This document shows, in pieces, positions 28,091-37,169 of a DNA stretch of 64,000 nt; position 1 is the first letter of the stretch, and each line of letters opens with the position of its first letter. The stretch is from a virus. The notes below the pieces were generated by a model. The model saw only the letters and a program-made list of their open reading frames with translations, was not told the origin of the DNA and did not search any database. The stretch is taken from the IMG/VR virus record IMGVR_UViG_3300018080_000154, positions 1 to 64,000 of that record. One strand, written 5' to 3'. A program made the position numbers and the translations under genes.

Positions 28091-28106
28091 GGGGCCCGAA
28101 GGCCCC
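28091..28106 (-). terminator. GC hairpin with C(UUCG)G tetraloop (terminator/processing candidate)
   Basis: The minus strand reads GGGGCC-TTCG-GGCCCC just after the 446-aa gene stop. Only a weak U-tract follows. Confidence 0.55.
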
Positions 28107-28115
28107 ACCCTTTGT

Positions 28116-29456
28116 TTACCTGTTAACATTTTCCATTGGTCGGCGATATGCTAGTTCGATTTCTTCGTCCTGTTCCAGAGGTTCATTCATTCGGTTGCGT
28201 TCGTCTGGTCTGATATGGAATGAAATCCATTTGTAACCAGTGTTTGCATTGACCAAAGAAGTACCATCGTTCACGTAACGAACCTGCTCGATTTCAGCAT
28301 AGTCACCAGTACCATCATCAAGACCACCAGCAAGACTAGTTGGTCCAAATGGCGTTACAACACCTGAACCGTCTCCACCAAACTTCATCTGAACAATTCT
28401 CTTAGCAACTGAATCGGCATTGATAGCATCACAAATTTCTTTTGCTGTTGCCGAACCGCTGTTGCTATTGACCTGTACGAGATATTGGGTTTGTGCAGAA
28501 ATGATTTCAGTTGAATTGGCTTTAAAGGTTTTTGTAACAGACACAGCCAATCCAGCTGCGTCTACAACTTCGATTTCAACTTCATTTCCCAAAAGACCCA
28601 TCAACATTGAGTCACAAATAAGTTGTGAGTCGCCAGATCCTTGAGAAAGAGTTGCTCGAGTTCCTGCGGTTCCAAGTTTCTTCTTTGTTCCATCGATGTA
28701 GACCTTAGAAGAATATTGTCTGAACAAAAACTCTGTTTCGAAAGCTGTCAATGTACCTTCCGACTCACCGTTGATAACGTTCCCGTCTTCGTTTTCAACT
28801 GGTCGATCAAGTTCATCGATTCTTTCTTGGTTTCTTACAATTGCTTTGTCAACAGTCAAAGCAGTGTTAAGAATAAAAGGATTGGTTGATGCAAGCGCAT
28901 CAATGACTTCGTCCACCACAATGGTAGCACGATTGTTTGAGTCGTCGGCGTTTGGTGAAACCGATACAATTGTAGAATCATCATCTACGATACCTTCGTC
29001 TGCCAAGACATCAACGGTGTCACCGGCTCTCCAAAGACTTGCATCTTCAACTTCAAAGGTAGTTTGACCAGCAGATGGTTTGTTGAGCTGTTGAGCCAAA
29101 ATATTTTGTCTCAAAGTCATTTCCAGTTTACCAGACAAACGACGACGATAAAGTCTATCGATTGCATCTTGCCCGTCATCAATTTCTTGACAACGAATTT
29201 TTGGAGTCCCAGTTGCTGCGGTTGTGTCAACAGCGGCAGACAAAGTGAGAGAAGTTTCTGGATCTATTGCCAGTACACTTAAATTGTTGGCGAGGACACC
29301 AATCACGTTTCCTTCAGAGTCTACATCAATAACATCTACCTTGTCATTGATTTCGAAGTATCCGGTGAAGTCGACGTCTTGAATGTCATCGTTCTTCGGG
29401 TTGAGTACAGTTACACGTGGGATGAACTGTAAACGTTTAATGTTTCCTTGTCCCAT
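28116..29456 (-). CDS. Virion structural/decoration protein
   Basis: 446 aa, acidic and beta-rich, with an internal sheath-like insert (TAKEICDAIN...LAGGLD). Confidence 0.6.
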   Translation of the reverse strand: MGQGNIKRLQFIPRVTVLNPKNDDIQDVDFTGYFEINDKVDVIDVDSEGNVIGVLANNLSVLAIDPETSLTLSAAVDTTAATGTPKIRCQEIDDGQDAIDRLYRRRLSGKLEMTLRQNILAQQLNKPSAGQTTFEVEDASLWRAGDTVDVLADEGIVDDDSTIVSVSPNADDSNNRATIVVDEVIDALASTNPFILNTALTVDKAIVRNQERIDELDRPVENEDGNVINGESEGTLTAFETEFLFRQYSSKVYIDGTKKKLGTAGTRATLSQGSGDSQLICDSMLMGLLGNEVEIEVVDAAGLAVSVTKTFKANSTEIISAQTQYLVQVNSNSGSATAKEICDAINADSVAKRIVQMKFGGDGSGVVTPFGPTSLAGGLDDGTGDYAEIEQVRYVNDGTSLVNANTGYKWISFHIRPDERNRMNEPLEQDEEIELAYRRPMENVNR

Positions 29457-29467
29457 TCATACCCTCC

Positions 29468-29809
29468 TCAGTATGGACTATCGAGTAGATAGTTGATTGA
29501 AAGTGGTTCGTCCTGAAAAGGTGGTGCGTTAAGTCTGTGAGGTTGTTCGGGATCAAGCCTCAAAAGAAACCCGCGTTGGTCAGGTCGTTCGGTAAAGTCT
29601 CTATCGGGATTGTTAGCCCCACCTATTAATTTTAACCCACTTAGGTGAACTTCCAAACTGCCTGGGACAAATTTTTCGTCGTCTGGTAGTAAGTATTCTA
29701 AATTTACACTATTTTTATCACCAATAGGCTTAACATCTCTTCGAAGCAAGTGTTCTAAAAGATAGTAAGTGTCTTGAGTCAATCTTGAATTGGCGCTTTC
29801 TCCACTCAT
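29468..29809 (-). CDS. Hypothetical virion protein (beta-sandwich module)
   Basis: FVPGSLEVHLSGLKL...DFTE...LSINY motif. Confidence 0.6.
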   Translation of the reverse strand: MSGESANSRLTQDTYYLLEHLLRRDVKPIGDKNSVNLEYLLPDDEKFVPGSLEVHLSGLKLIGGANNPDRDFTERPDQRGFLLRLDPEQPHRLNAPPFQDEPLSINYLLDSPY

Positions 29810-29812
29810 TTA

Positions 29813-30097
29813 CTAGATCCCGACCCATGCCCAAACTCTAACTTGAGTCGATCTTTTTTCTGGTATGCGAATGTAAACCTCGTCTTGATTTTCTAAGTCA
29901 AGCGATATCGATTTGTCTCGAGGATACAATTTACCGTCTAGATCATGACCGTTAAAGCTGAATTCTACAGTATTTTCTCTACTGTCGTTTACAATAATGA
30001 TATGCCGAGCGTTGAAACCAAACTTAAAATTGGGTACGTTAACCCACTTATCAGAATCGATTGTTTTTTCATCGAAAAAATGGTTACGATCAGACAT
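29813..30097 (-). CDS. Small hypothetical protein (paralog of 30101-30352)
   Basis: Shares FDEKT, FGF.A.H, VEFS.NG...GKL and VRV.AW with its neighbour. Confidence 0.7.
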   Translation of the reverse strand: MSDRNHFFDEKTIDSDKWVNVPNFKFGFNARHIIIVNDSRENTVEFSFNGHDLDGKLYPRDKSISLDLENQDEVYIRIPEKRSTQVRVWAWVGI

Positions 30098-30100
30098 ATC

Positions 30101-30352
30101 TTATTCCCATGCAAAAACTCTTACGACTGCGCCGGTTCCTTTGAGATACACTTTGTCAACGTTCGCACCGTGAAAATCTACAAGACCATCTGTGGTGAGA
30201 AGTTTACCATGAGTGTCAATACCGTTATAACTGAATTCAACATCAGCAGTTTTGGTACACATTTTCAAATGATTTGCAGCAAATCCAAAATCTACAACAG
30301 TGTCTTTGTAGTTTGCAGTTGCCGTTTTTTCATCAAATATTTTGTTCTGCAT
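30101..30352 (-). CDS. Small hypothetical protein (paralog of 29813-30097)
   Basis: Same shared motifs as its neighbour. Confidence 0.7.
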   Translation of the reverse strand: MQNKIFDEKTATANYKDTVVDFGFAANHLKMCTKTADVEFSYNGIDTHGKLLTTDGLVDFHGANVDKVYLKGTGAVVRVFAWE

Positions 30353-30722
30353 TTTTCTTTCCTTTCACCAATGAGCTATGTCGTAAACGACCAATCTTAA
30401 TGACGTCCACTCTACTCATTCGTGGGCGTTTACCAAAATACACTAAAACTGAAATCTGAACATCGTCGACTTGGCAAATAATTCTCTCACCAACGTACTC
30501 GTCATTTTTTCTGTGTTTGATTATTTCTGCAAAGTAAACACGGCGGGAAAATTTTTTGGGAGAGGGAAGGGTGTACAGCTGAGAATTATAAATAATCCCC
30601 ATTCCAGTTATCTGTTGTTGAAAACTGTAGTCCGTACACAACGCATCCCACTTCCCCTTCTGAACCGAGTCGGTCAGATCGAAAGTTAACGTATCACCAT
30701 TTTTTACGTTAACCTTTATCAT
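30333..30722 (-). CDS. Hypothetical protein
   Basis: ORF from the track; start reassigned to the ATG of MIKVNVKNG. Confidence 0.55.
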   Translation of the reverse strand: MIKVNVKNGDTLTFDLTDSVQKGKWDALCTDYSFQQQITGMGIIYNSQLYTLPSPKKFSRRVYFAEIIKHRKNDEYVGERIICQVDDVQISVLVYFGKRPRMSRVDVIKIGRLRHSSLVKGKKNAEQNI

Positions 30723-30792
30723 GATAGAAAAACCTTTTGTGCATAAATAACATGTATTCGCCAAATAAGAATTTTCAAAAAATTAAAGAAGA

Positions 30793-31128
30793 CTACTTCT
30801 TGTTGTTACCCGACTTGAAAGAAGATCCCATTTTTTTAGAAACGGGTTTCTTTTCATCTGTCTTTGGCTTTTCCTCGGTCTCGGTTTTCACTTCAACCTT
30901 GGGTTTTTTTACTTCCTTAACAACGGCTTTTCTTTCGTCGATAAGTCTGATCATTTTTGCCAATTCAGGTTTCGTTTCTTTAATGTGAAGATACTCGTCT
31001 CTTGAGACAATTTTCATTACCTTCGGCACCAAGTGAACTGAACCTTTGACAGAACGGTTACAACCTTCGGGGAAGTCTTCTAAATACTCAGGCATCTTAC
31101 CTAAATATTGTATCTTGACTTTATCCAT
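30793..31128 (-). CDS. Hypothetical protein, Lys/Glu-rich tail
   Basis: 111 aa with a GGGAG SD. Confidence 0.65.
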   Translation of the reverse strand: MDKVKIQYLGKMPEYLEDFPEGCNRSVKGSVHLVPKVMKIVSRDEYLHIKETKPELAKMIRLIDERKAVVKEVKKPKVEVKTETEEKPKTDEKKPVSKKMGSSFKSGNNKK

Positions 31129-31152
31129 TTTAGACTCCCGTCATAAAAGGTT

Positions 31153-31446
31153 TCACTTCTTCTTCTTCGCTGCTTTCACCACCGCTTTCTTGGTCGCCGA
31201 CTTAGCCACGGATTTCTCCGAAGCCTTCGGGGCAGGCTTCTCTTCAGAAGTATCCTCTTTATCAACAGGTTTTGAAGTAGTTTTCTTAGGTGCTTCAACT
31301 TCTACTTTCGTATACGTTAAATCACCTGAAGAGTATTTTGCAACTTCTTCTTCTGTTAGCAATTGAGGTTTACCCTTTTCGAACCTACGATCACGAAGGT
31401 GAACGAACTGTGCATCTCTTGGTTGCACTTTAAACATTGTCGGCAT
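31153..31446 (-). CDS. Hypothetical head-associated protein with Lys/Ala-rich tail
   Basis: 97 aa directly after the major capsid gene; AGGAG SD. Confidence 0.65.
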   Translation of the reverse strand: MPTMFKVQPRDAQFVHLRDRRFEKGKPQLLTEEEVAKYSSGDLTYTKVEVEAPKKTTSKPVDKEDTSEEKPAPKASEKSVAKSATKKAVVKAAKKKK

Positions 31447-31477
31447 ACACTTATCTCCTATTTTTAGTTAGACGGTG

Positions 31478-32686
31478 TTACACCAAACCAATGTTCTTAC
31501 CAAGAACGCATGCGTCTGTTTCTTCGATTTGAACAGCAACACGAGCGGTCATGGCAAATTGGTTTACAGACTTGAAGATGTCGCGATCTCTTTCAATCCG
31601 GATGTCTCGACCGATACCGTAAATCAAGTTGCGGTATTCAGTCAGGATGATTTGAGACTCAGTTTGATACGTTACCTTAACGGTAGCGCCATCACTGATT
31701 CCTCCACCACCTGTACGAGCCAATGTTCCGTTGACAAGATCGACTACGTAGTCTGTTGTGTCAACATAAGGAGCAGTTGGTGTACCAGCCAAATTTGAAG
31801 GAAGAACAAAAACGTTACTGAGTTTCTTGTGTTTGAGTTGAACTGCTGTCGTTCCACTTAATGTAACATGCTCAACTACTGTTGGCTGTTGATCAAGAAG
31901 AGGAACTGGAACAAGTTCGATTCCAAACGGTGTGAGGTTTCGTGTCGTCATAAGAGCAAGGTCGCCTTCGGCGGTTGCACGTGACGCAACGTTGTTACGA
32001 TAGTTTTGTTCCGACTCTGGTGAGCAAAGGAATTTCAACATACCGCGATTTCTTTTGAATTTCTTTGGCATGGCATTGATCATCTTGTTGAAGATCGTTG
32101 GTCCCATGTTTGCTCCAGCAAAATCCACGACGTGAGATGCACCGGCGAGTGTCAACCAACCGTCCTGAAGTGCAAGAAAACCGTCTTTGATATGATTGGT
32201 AGCGTGGCCGCCTTCAATGATATCTGCTTCAACAACCGATTGACCAAGCGTGTTGCCCGAAATGCAAAGCTCTTCCAAGTCATTTACAAATTGGGTCGCC
32301 ATCATCTTAACGATGTGGTCTTCAATTGTCATTTCTTCCAGGTTTTCGATTTCGAATTCATCACTGATTTCGAAAGGTACCATTACCTCTTTGGGGTTCA
32401 TGGAAATTTTCGATGTTGTTACACCGCGTCGAATTCCTGGATCCGTTGCTTCCACTTTAGGAACTGCAACCCTTTTGCCAACCTGAATCTTATCGATATC
32501 AGTTTGACCGCCTTTTAGTCTTGCGACCCTGACTTTTCCTTTCAAGCTTGAAAGATCGACAACGTAATCGATAAATTTGTCAGCCTGCTCTGGATTTAAT
32601 TTTCCATTTGTGGCGATGGCAGAAGTATCGATGATGCCCTTCTCAACGAGTTCTTTCATTTTAGCCAGAAGTTCTGTGTTGTTCAT
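31478..32686 (-). CDS. Major capsid protein (HK97 fold) with C-terminal insertion domain
   Basis: GKLNPEQADKFID, F.NDLEEL.I.GN, DGWL and NLIYGIGRDIRIERDR motifs; AAGGAGG SD. Confidence 0.93.
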   Translation of the reverse strand: MNNTELLAKMKELVEKGIIDTSAIATNGKLNPEQADKFIDYVVDLSSLKGKVRVARLKGGQTDIDKIQVGKRVAVPKVEATDPGIRRGVTTSKISMNPKEVMVPFEISDEFEIENLEEMTIEDHIVKMMATQFVNDLEELCISGNTLGQSVVEADIIEGGHATNHIKDGFLALQDGWLTLAGASHVVDFAGANMGPTIFNKMINAMPKKFKRNRGMLKFLCSPESEQNYRNNVASRATAEGDLALMTTRNLTPFGIELVPVPLLDQQPTVVEHVTLSGTTAVQLKHKKLSNVFVLPSNLAGTPTAPYVDTTDYVVDLVNGTLARTGGGGISDGATVKVTYQTESQIILTEYRNLIYGIGRDIRIERDRDIFKSVNQFAMTARVAVQIEETDACVLGKNIGLV

Positions 32687-32748
32687 GTTTTTCCTCCTTA
32701 AGACATTTGAACTTCACACCAAAAACATTCACATGCAACTGGGCATTT

Positions 32749-33717
32749 TTAGTAGCCGTGGATTACACTGTGAAACAATGACTTTGGTTTTTCTTTTTTC
32801 ACTTCTGTTTCAACAGTATCTTCAACGTCGCCGTCGGATTTACTTGTTGGAGCAGAGGCAGATTTTTCGAGATTTTCAACACGGCCAACGACCGCATCAA
32901 TTTTCTCATCGAGACCTTTGAGAAGTTTTACGACTTCGCTGTCTTCGTCTTTCTTCTCTTCGGTTTTTGCTTCGGTAGCAGTAGTTTCTTTAGAGGGTGT
33001 TTCCTCTGTTTTTACTACTTCTTCACCTTCAACCGGCTTAACTTCTTCAGGAGTTTGTTCGGTTTTGGGATCAGTTACTTCAGCGTCAGCACTTTTGTTT
33101 GTAGTTTTGTCGCTCACGTTGCTTCCTCCCTTTTCTGAGCTAGTATCTTGAGGACTAGCACCTTGAACAAGTTCCGACAAAATACTGATGACGTCTTCTA
33201 ATTTTTTGAGTCTTTCTTTTGAAAGTTTTCTACCAGCCTTTTCAACCGGTGCTTCTTTCGAGATTGGCTCTCCAAATTGTGCAATAACTTTGACAAGACT
33301 TTTTGCAACGTCTTTGATCTGAGTTATCACATCACCAGGAAGTCTTTGCTTGTCAACATTCTCTTCCTCACTGTCGTTGTCGACTGAAACCACTTCCAAC
33401 GCGTCAATAGATTTTGCAATCGACATTAGCGTTTCGGTAGTTTCTCTCACGGCCTTAAGAACACTTTCTTTAACGTCGTGAGATACCTGTTTGATGACAT
33501 CGTCGTCAGCAGGCGCATCGACTACATCACTAGATTCTGTGCTCTTATTGATGTCTTCGACAACATCATCGAAAAGTTCTGCTTCCTTTCGATTCATTTG
33601 CCCACCTTCCTTGCCTTTAAAGAAAATAAAATCTTCTTCATTGGCAGCCTCATCCACAATAGAAACCTCTCGTGGACGAATGTTTGTTAAACGACGCTTT
33701 GCTTTTTTACCTGCCAA
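32749..33717 (-). CDS. Capsid scaffold protein bearing a protease-type strand at its N-terminus; nested in-frame starts
   Basis: TTG start after AAGGAGG; N-terminal RLTNIRPREVSIVDEAAN...FFK; acidic coiled coil. Internal SD+start pairs at 33597 (ATG) and 33117 (GTG). Confidence 0.75.
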   Translation of the reverse strand: MAGKKAKRRLTNIRPREVSIVDEAANEEDFIFFKGKEGGQMNRKEAELFDDVVEDINKSTESSDVVDAPADDDVIKQVSHDVKESVLKAVRETTETLMSIAKSIDALEVVSVDNDSEEENVDKQRLPGDVITQIKDVAKSLVKVIAQFGEPISKEAPVEKAGRKLSKERLKKLEDVISILSELVQGASPQDTSSEKGGSNVSDKTTNKSADAEVTDPKTEQTPEEVKPVEGEEVVKTEETPSKETTATEAKTEEKKDEDSEVVKLLKGLDEKIDAVVGRVENLEKSASAPTSKSDGDVEDTVETEVKKEKPKSLFHSVIHGY

Positions 33718-33730
33718 AATAATCCTCCTT

Positions 33731-36700
33731 TCATGCAGCAAGTTTTAATAATTTCTTAAGTTCCCTCACGGTCGCAAGTGCGCCAATAGAAAATCCCGTA
33801 AGTTTTTTAAGTTTAACATTTTCCCAAATGGCATCATCAAGAATGCGAACCTTGAATAACCACGTTCCTTTCTTTATTTTTCTTTTTTGACCTTTCATGT
33901 CGACGATTGTCATGTTGGCCGGTGCGGTGTAAGATTGAAGAATTTTCACACGCTTGTTCACAATGAGTTTGTGCATAAGACCAGTGTTTGCAAAATGCTC
34001 CATGAAGAAATCTGCAGCTTTAACCACTGTGTCCTCGTCGTAAGTATCACCATGCGCGTCGGTGTCGTTAGGCTTAAGAACAATACCATAGGCAATACGT
34101 TCTTCTTTTTTCTCGACACCATTTTCATCTAGGACCTTGACGAATTCAATATCCTTTTCTTCAAATTCTTCCTCCGTGTTCTCTGACCTTCGACTTTTGA
34201 ACAACATGTTTTGTTGTTGTATTTGCTCGATGGCATCAACAATGGAAGTGTCTTGAATATTTTTTAGGATAAACAATTCTTTGAAATCAGATCCTGTGAA
34301 ACCGTCAGTCAATGCTGCGTATTCGGCTAAAAGATCTTTCTCAAGATAGTCGAAATAAAGCTTAAGAAATTTTTCTCTCGAGTTGGTTGAAGGTAAACCA
34401 ATCTCATATTTTTTATCAAATCGACTGGTTCGTTTTAAAAGAGCCTTGTCAAGACGCTCGGGATAGTTTGTTGTGGCAATTACCAACGAATTGTCTAGTT
34501 GACTCATACCGTCCAAGAAATTTAGAAAACTACTACGTCGACCAATGCTCGATGCCACAGTGTCGACGTCTTCGAATACTAGAACTTTTGCTTTGTCTCT
34601 AAGTTGCTTATCCAAGAAATCAAACATGTATCCATCTGGTGAATAACTTGAACAATCAATGAGAATCGAGTAACGATCCGACTTCATCTTGCTGATGTAG
34701 TCTTTAATGAATGTAGTTTTTCCATTTCCGGGAGGTCCATACAATAGTATCCCACGTTTATGTGGAATTCCTTGTGATTTGTACCAGCTTCGTTTTGTGA
34801 AAAATGTTTCCGTGTCGATGTTAAGTTTTTTGACGATATCCTCGTCAAATATTGGCTCTACTACGTTACGGTTTTCAATCGGTACCAAAACATACCCGTT
34901 ACGTGTCATTTCAATAGCGTAGTTTCCTGGCGCATAGTTCAGGTACGGATTATTCTGTACTTCCTCACCGTATCCAAGTATCTTTTCAATCTCTTCTTTA
35001 TCATCAAAGAAAATTATTAATTTACCATCAAGGATAAACGCGTCAATTTTCTCACCCTTGACAACAAGATTTACATAACCATGGTATTCAACATCGTCCA
35101 AACCAGTGTACGACGCAGATTCTACCTTGTAATTTTCCTCAAGGTATCTGATAAATCTCTTTTCTGGGTATTCAACGGTTACAAATTTTCTTTCAACGTT
35201 GTTTAGTTTTGCAACCTCCATCAAAAGAGATTGTGTTGTTCCCATTATTGCTTCTTCGGTTCCCCAGTAAACAAGATCCTTATCAAGACGTTTCATATTT
35301 CTAATCTGTTCTTGTGACTCGGAACGAAGCTTTTGATCTTTAGGTCTTACGAAAACAAATGATTTCTCAATCGGTGCATCAGGTGATGCGGTGAGACTGG
35401 AGACTTGAGTACCAGATAAAATAAATCGACCAACGAGGAGCCCTTTTTTGCCTTTAAAGATAAACTCTTTAAAGTTCTTCGCCTGTACGCCGGCTAACCA
35501 CGTGCCCTGTTCTATCGTCGATATTTTAGCAGACTTAAATCTAGTCGCACCGACACCACCCGATGGTACTTCCACTGTACTTTTTTGTGCAACGCTTAAC
35601 CAATTTTTTGATTGCTTTGACTTAAAAGTACATGGTAGTTCTTTGTTAGAACCTATCTCGGCTCTAAGTGCATTCACCGTCCCAATGTCTGAACTTCCAG
35701 AGATGAGTAAACCGGCCAGATAGTCTAGTGAATTCGGTTTTTGTACACTCATTCTAAGATCATAATGTTGCCCCTTACCAACACTATGACTATGAAGAAC
35801 AAACTTCCCCGTCGAACCTTCTTTAATGTTTTCATCAAAAATCATTTCACCAAAAGATGGTCCTTGAGGTGAAGTTGATTTATCTACCGACTTGTTTATC
35901 TCTGGACACAATGTGTCAAAAATTCTTGTGTCGATATTTTCATCATCAATGAATTTGCGGAAAGTATTTCTATCCCAGTTGTCCATCACGCTAAACATGT
36001 CTACAACTGATTTCTTTACTTCGGACGGTAAAGATATTTTTTCAATTTCATCTGTTGTGAACGGTAGAGTTTTCTCAAGTTTTTCAATAACGTCGGCCGA
36101 TACAATACTCAGACCAACTTTGTCTGATGTTTTATTTACAAGAAGTTCTTGTATTTCGATACTGGCGATGTCGCCCTTTTCTAATCTGACGTCAGTCGGA
36201 GAAGTGCTACCAAGAATTACAAAATTAAAACCTTGGTCGGAAGAAATCTTAGAATATTTTTTCACATCCTTTTCATTCACCATCACTCCAACTGAGTACG
36301 TGAATTTTTTATTGCCAGCAAATGTTTTATCAATAACCTTTACGTTTGCTTTACGAACTTTTTTGAATTTTCTTGCCGGTAGGTTTTTGACAAGTAACTC
36401 ATCGGTAAGAACTTTATCGATTACGTTGTCACCAAAATGAAGAACGTATCCTGTAAGATCATGGAAGTCTGTAAAGCTTGTGTCTTCAAACATCTTGTTG
36501 ACTTCAACAATAATCGGTTTGATTTTTTTGTAATCATTTTCCAACACACCGTCAGGGTCTATTTCTTCAAATTCTGGAAGCGTTATCTTGTTCATCTCGG
36601 TTGTAAGAGCTTCCATACCGATTGTAAATCGATCAAGATAACTCAATTTGTTTTCATCTTTCACAAGATTGGCAGACAGGTCAATGAATTCATTAAGAAC

Positions 36701-37168
36701 AGGTATGAAAGTATTGAGTCTTGCTTTTAGTTCGGCAAGTTGTTTTTGATATTTTTCTTTGAGTTTTGAAAGACGGTCAACCTGGTTGTCTGAAAGATGA
36801 GGACTTTCGGTTTCAATCTTATCTTGTATTCTGTCAAAAGAACTTGATGTTGTTGTTACTCCGGTTTCTTCATCAACCTTTACGTCGTCGAATTCCTTAA
36901 AGGTACCAACGATTGCCTTGACGCCAACTGTTATCTGGTGTTCCTTAAGACTTTCTTCAACGAATCGTTCTCGGCTTATTTGTTCGTAGGTGTAATATTT
37001 CCCAATATCATCGAATTTGCCAACGTCGTATCCATTTTTATCTGCCCATTCTGCTGCCTTTTCTGGAACTGTAAAAGTGTCCTTGTCGAACATTAATGAA
37101 TGAGTGTGAAGATCAAATCTTTTCTGAGCGATCACGTCCTTGTTTTTCTTGACAAGTTTCAATCCCAT
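33731..37168 (-). CDS. Multidomain head-maturation polyprotein: OB-like + LigD-type phosphoesterase-like + AAA+ ATPase + XkdF-type prohead protease
   Basis: PE-like FVLHSH...HYDLRM and IEQGTW...FKG...GRFIL; AAA+ RGILLYGPPGNGKT, VFEDVD and TTNYPERLDKALLKRTSRFD; XkdF-type YGIVLKP..TDAHGD...H...SY.AP...KGTW...W..VK...LTGFSIG. Confidence 0.85.
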   Translation of the reverse strand: MGLKLVKKNKDVIAQKRFDLHTHSLMFDKDTFTVPEKAAEWADKNGYDVGKFDDIGKYYTYEQISRERFVEESLKEHQITVGVKAIVGTFKEFDDVKVDEETGVTTTSSSFDRIQDKIETESPHLSDNQVDRLSKLKEKYQKQLAELKARLNTFIPVLNEFIDLSANLVKDENKLSYLDRFTIGMEALTTEMNKITLPEFEEIDPDGVLENDYKKIKPIIVEVNKMFEDTSFTDFHDLTGYVLHFGDNVIDKVLTDELLVKNLPARKFKKVRKANVKVIDKTFAGNKKFTYSVGVMVNEKDVKKYSKISSDQGFNFVILGSTSPTDVRLEKGDIASIEIQELLVNKTSDKVGLSIVSADVIEKLEKTLPFTTDEIEKISLPSEVKKSVVDMFSVMDNWDRNTFRKFIDDENIDTRIFDTLCPEINKSVDKSTSPQGPSFGEMIFDENIKEGSTGKFVLHSHSVGKGQHYDLRMSVQKPNSLDYLAGLLISGSSDIGTVNALRAEIGSNKELPCTFKSKQSKNWLSVAQKSTVEVPSGGVGATRFKSAKISTIEQGTWLAGVQAKNFKEFIFKGKKGLLVGRFILSGTQVSSLTASPDAPIEKSFVFVRPKDQKLRSESQEQIRNMKRLDKDLVYWGTEEAIMGTTQSLLMEVAKLNNVERKFVTVEYPEKRFIRYLEENYKVESASYTGLDDVEYHGYVNLVVKGEKIDAFILDGKLIIFFDDKEEIEKILGYGEEVQNNPYLNYAPGNYAIEMTRNGYVLVPIENRNVVEPIFDEDIVKKLNIDTETFFTKRSWYKSQGIPHKRGILLYGPPGNGKTTFIKDYISKMKSDRYSILIDCSSYSPDGYMFDFLDKQLRDKAKVLVFEDVDTVASSIGRRSSFLNFLDGMSQLDNSLVIATTNYPERLDKALLKRTSRFDKKYEIGLPSTNSREKFLKLYFDYLEKDLLAEYAALTDGFTGSDFKELFILKNIQDTSIVDAIEQIQQQNMLFKSRRSENTEEEFEEKDIEFVKVLDENGVEKKEERIAYGIVLKPNDTDAHGDTYDEDTVVKAADFFMEHFANTGLMHKLIVNKRVKILQSYTAPANMTIVDMKGQKRKIKKGTWLFKVRILDDAIWENVKLKKLTGFSIGALATVRELKKLLKLAA

Positions 37169-37169
37169 A

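Noticed and set aside
33717-33760. Programmed frameshift fusing the protease polyprotein to the scaffold
   Set aside because: It would need a +1 shift within a few codons lacking a known shift motif, and the scaffold has its own strong SD and TTG start.
36070-36900. Complete ATP-dependent DNA ligase within the polyprotein
   Set aside because: No KxDG adenylation motif was found; only an OB-like resemblance remains.
6615-37168. Interpretation as a bacterial eCIS/tailocin locus (AAA+ as Afp15)
   Set aside because: Capsid, portal, terminase and replication genes show this is a phage, and the AAA+ domain is fused inside the head protease.
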